Translations under genes and position numbers: made by a program
Shown here: positions 62,001 through 64,000 of the stretch, in pieces
Layout of the letters: every line of letters begins with the position of its first letter
Numbering within the stretch: position 1 is the stretch's first letter
Origin: Candidatus Poribacteria bacterium
GTDB taxonomy: Bacteria; Poribacteria; WGA-4E; UBA9662
Assembly: GCA_046582655.1 (NCBI GenBank)
Contig: JAYGDX010000141.1
Coordinates: forward strand, 17,055-81,054
Reading direction: 5' to 3'
Length of the DNA: 64,000 nt
The notes under the pieces: generated by a model
The model's input: the letters and a program-made list of their open reading frames with translations, nothing else
Database searches by the model: none
What the model was told of the DNA's origin: nothing

Positions 62001-62711
62001 ATGAGAATGAAGCTCTTCGTGAAATTAAGCTTTTTTATCTTCATAATCTTTGCGGTGTATATTGCACATGCCGGAGAATTACTGAGTGAAGATATAGGAG
62101 ATGCAAAGAAAAATAAAGGATCAACTGTAATAAAAGATCAGACATATACTATCAAAGGAAGTGGTAGTGACATTTGGAACAAGGCTGATGGCTTTAGATT
62201 CGCTTATACAAAAGTCAGCGGTGATTTTGAAGCCGTAGTTCATCAGGTTTCCATTGACCTACCCAATGAATGGGCAAAAGGTGGAGTTCATGCTCGGCAA
62301 AGCATTGAACCCGGTGCAGCCAATGCACAGACCATCGTCACCGGTGGCGGGGGTGGGGGCTGTCAAATTAGTTGGCGTGCTATAAAGGGCGGCGATTGTG
62401 GTGAATTTTTTGATGCTGCTCCCGGACCTTGGAAGGATAAAGAATGTTGGCTGAAATTGACTCGTTCCGGTAATGAGTTCCCAGGTTTTATCTCCGAAAA
62501 CGGGAAAAAATGGCTGGATCTGAAATCCACAACTGTTAAGATGGATAAACCGGTATTGGTTGGCTTAGCCGTTTGTGGTTTGAATCTAGTCGCAACCGCC
62601 GTATATGATAATTTTACGATCACTCAAGACGGTAAAGAAATCTTTCCGCTGGCTGTTGAACCTACGTCGAAATTAGTGGGAACTTGGAGCAAGATTAAAA
62701 TTCAATACTAG
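62001..62711 (+). CDS. Secreted concanavalin-like beta-sandwich protein (DUF1349-like) with C-terminal TWxxIK tail
   Basis: GAGG RBS; signal peptide; GSGSDIW..ADGFRFAY, WAKGG, WLKLTRSGN, VGLAV; AVEPTSKLVGTWSKIK. Confidence 0.8.
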   Translation: MRMKLFVKLSFFIFIIFAVYIAHAGELLSEDIGDAKKNKGSTVIKDQTYTIKGSGSDIWNKADGFRFAYTKVSGDFEAVVHQVSIDLPNEWAKGGVHARQSIEPGAANAQTIVTGGGGGGCQISWRAIKGGDCGEFFDAAPGPWKDKECWLKLTRSGNEFPGFISENGKKWLDLKSTTVKMDKPVLVGLAVCGLNLVATAVYDNFTITQDGKEIFPLAVEPTSKLVGTWSKIKIQY

Positions 62712-62830
62712 GCGGCATTATTAGAGATAATTACTAATATCGAGCCTCTAGATATATTCTTAAGTTTTAGGAGTATGGTGATTCGGCTTGATTTAATTTA
62801 CTTTGGTAAAAAAAGTAAGGGGTGACAGCG

Positions 62831-63619
62831 ATGAAATTTTCTATAGTGAAGTTTAGTAAGATGTGTGTCAGTTTAGTGGTGGTCAACCTACTGTTAATAG
62901 GAATAATTGAGGCTAAAATAGACCCAGACACGCTTATTGGAGTCTGGTTATTTGACGAAAACAGCGGAAATAAAGCCAAAGATTCATCCGGTAACGATCA
63001 TCATGGGGAATTAAAAGGCGCAAAATGGGCAAATGGGCGGTTCAAAACAGCCTTGGAATTTGGGGGTGATGCCCATGTGAATGTCGGTAAAGTGCCATTA
63101 CCTAAAAACCAGGTAACAGTCGTTTTGTGGGTATCAATAAATACCTCTTCACAATGGATACACATCATCGAAAATGGCGTCGTAGAATTCACATGGCATG
63201 GTGGTTTTCGTCTTGAGGTTGGCGGAGAGGGTAGCACCTATATCGCAATCGGGGATGGTGTTGGGTATAAAGATAATGCAGGCAACGGAGTCCCAACCGG
63301 TTGGAAGTATAAAAAATGGTTCCATTTGGGCTTTACATACGATGGAAGCACCGCACGCCACTATCAAGATGGCAAACAAACCCATACCTTTGATTCAAAG
63401 CTAGACATTACTAAAGGTGTTGGCACTTTAATTTTCGGTAGCATGCAAGGAAAGTAGCGATTTCTCGATGGAGCCATTGATGACGTCGCAATTTTCAATG
63501 CCATCTTGAGCCAGGACGATATTAAAACCATTATGAAAACGGGACTTGAGGGTGCACTTGATGTTTCATCCTCTGGCAAACTCGCGACAACTTGGTCATA
63601 CCTCAAAACGCAACAATGA
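62831..63619 (+). pseudogene. Secreted LamG protein with one in-frame TAG at 63455-63457
   Basis: GVWLFDE, WFHLGFTYDG; after the TAG the frame continues RFLDGAIDDVAIFNAIL...DVSSSGKLATTWSYLK. Confidence 0.85.
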
Positions 63620-64000
63620 TGAAGTTGCATTTTCTCATCTTGAATACCTTCAACTTTCCTGAACGCCACCTCCCTAACCTATTCTGAATTCACATCGTAG
63701 CAGCTAAGTTGGTAACGATACTTCTTGAATCTGCCCACCAACGCCTTTTCCAACAGACCCAATTCAATTAAGCTCTTCAACTATATTTGTTTGCTGCCAG
63801 TCCCTAGAGCTTGCTTTATCGGCCAGAATTTATTGATAAATAGCTATGATTCAACCTGAAAGCAACTAGAATTGCTTGAGATCAAAACACACTTGTTATA
63901 TGATGCTAGTAACTTTTTAACAGCACAATTTAGGGATTTCAACTTAGGATCGAGACACATAAAAAGACACTGTTCACTGGCGATTCCACAAAAACGAGAT

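Noticed and set aside
29309..63457. Stop-codon reassignment (TAG/TAA to Gln) or pyrrolysine, suggested by in-frame stops at 29309, 54285 and 63455
   Set aside because: TAG and TAA end many intact genes here (e.g. 1431, rtcB), long genes have no internal stops, no pyl genes or suppressor tRNA are visible, and the 54285 gene also has frameshifts
1084..63669. Many short antisense or nested ORFs in the track (e.g. 57605-58153, 53988-54551, 30010-30474)
   Set aside because: Shadows of well-supported genes in other frames, with no motifs
63620..63850. Minus-strand fragment LIELGLLEKALVGRFKKYRY
   Set aside because: Interrupted by stops; cannot assign
1..64000. tRNA, rRNA, riboswitch or CRISPR arrays
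   Set aside because: No T-arm/D-arm patterns, rRNA signatures or spaced repeats seen by eye; an Infernal/Rfam scan would be needed to exclude them

Overview
A bacterial chromosomal window of moderate-to-low GC, dense in catabolic genes. The gene content points to Candidatus Poribacteria; this is an inference from many PhyH-family Fe(II)/2-oxoglutarate oxygenases, sulfatases, Gfo/Idh/MocA oxidoreductases, a DUF6785/DUF6784 membrane protein and secreted LamG proteins ending in an 'AVxPxxKLxxTWxxIK'-type tail. It carries about 45 intact CDSs, including rtcB and a rearranged yejBEFA peptide ABC transporter. I could not identify any rRNA, tRNA or CRISPR array. Four observations stand out. (1) A PhyH subfamily (3 genes) has the iron-binding HxD carboxylate replaced by G/S, the signature of radical Fe/2OG halogenases; one sits 1 bp from a normal HxD paralogue and one is fused to a catalytically dead copy of itself. 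(2) A shared C-terminal motif on secreted proteins with different domains looks like a sorting/anchoring signal. (3) A sulfatase-fold enzyme has Thr (TxPxR) at the formylglycine position. (4) Gene erosion is pervasive: single in-frame stops, frameshifts, deletion mosaics, an IS6 remnant and a diverged duplicate of a gene 5' end. All calls come from reading motifs by eye; no database searches were run.
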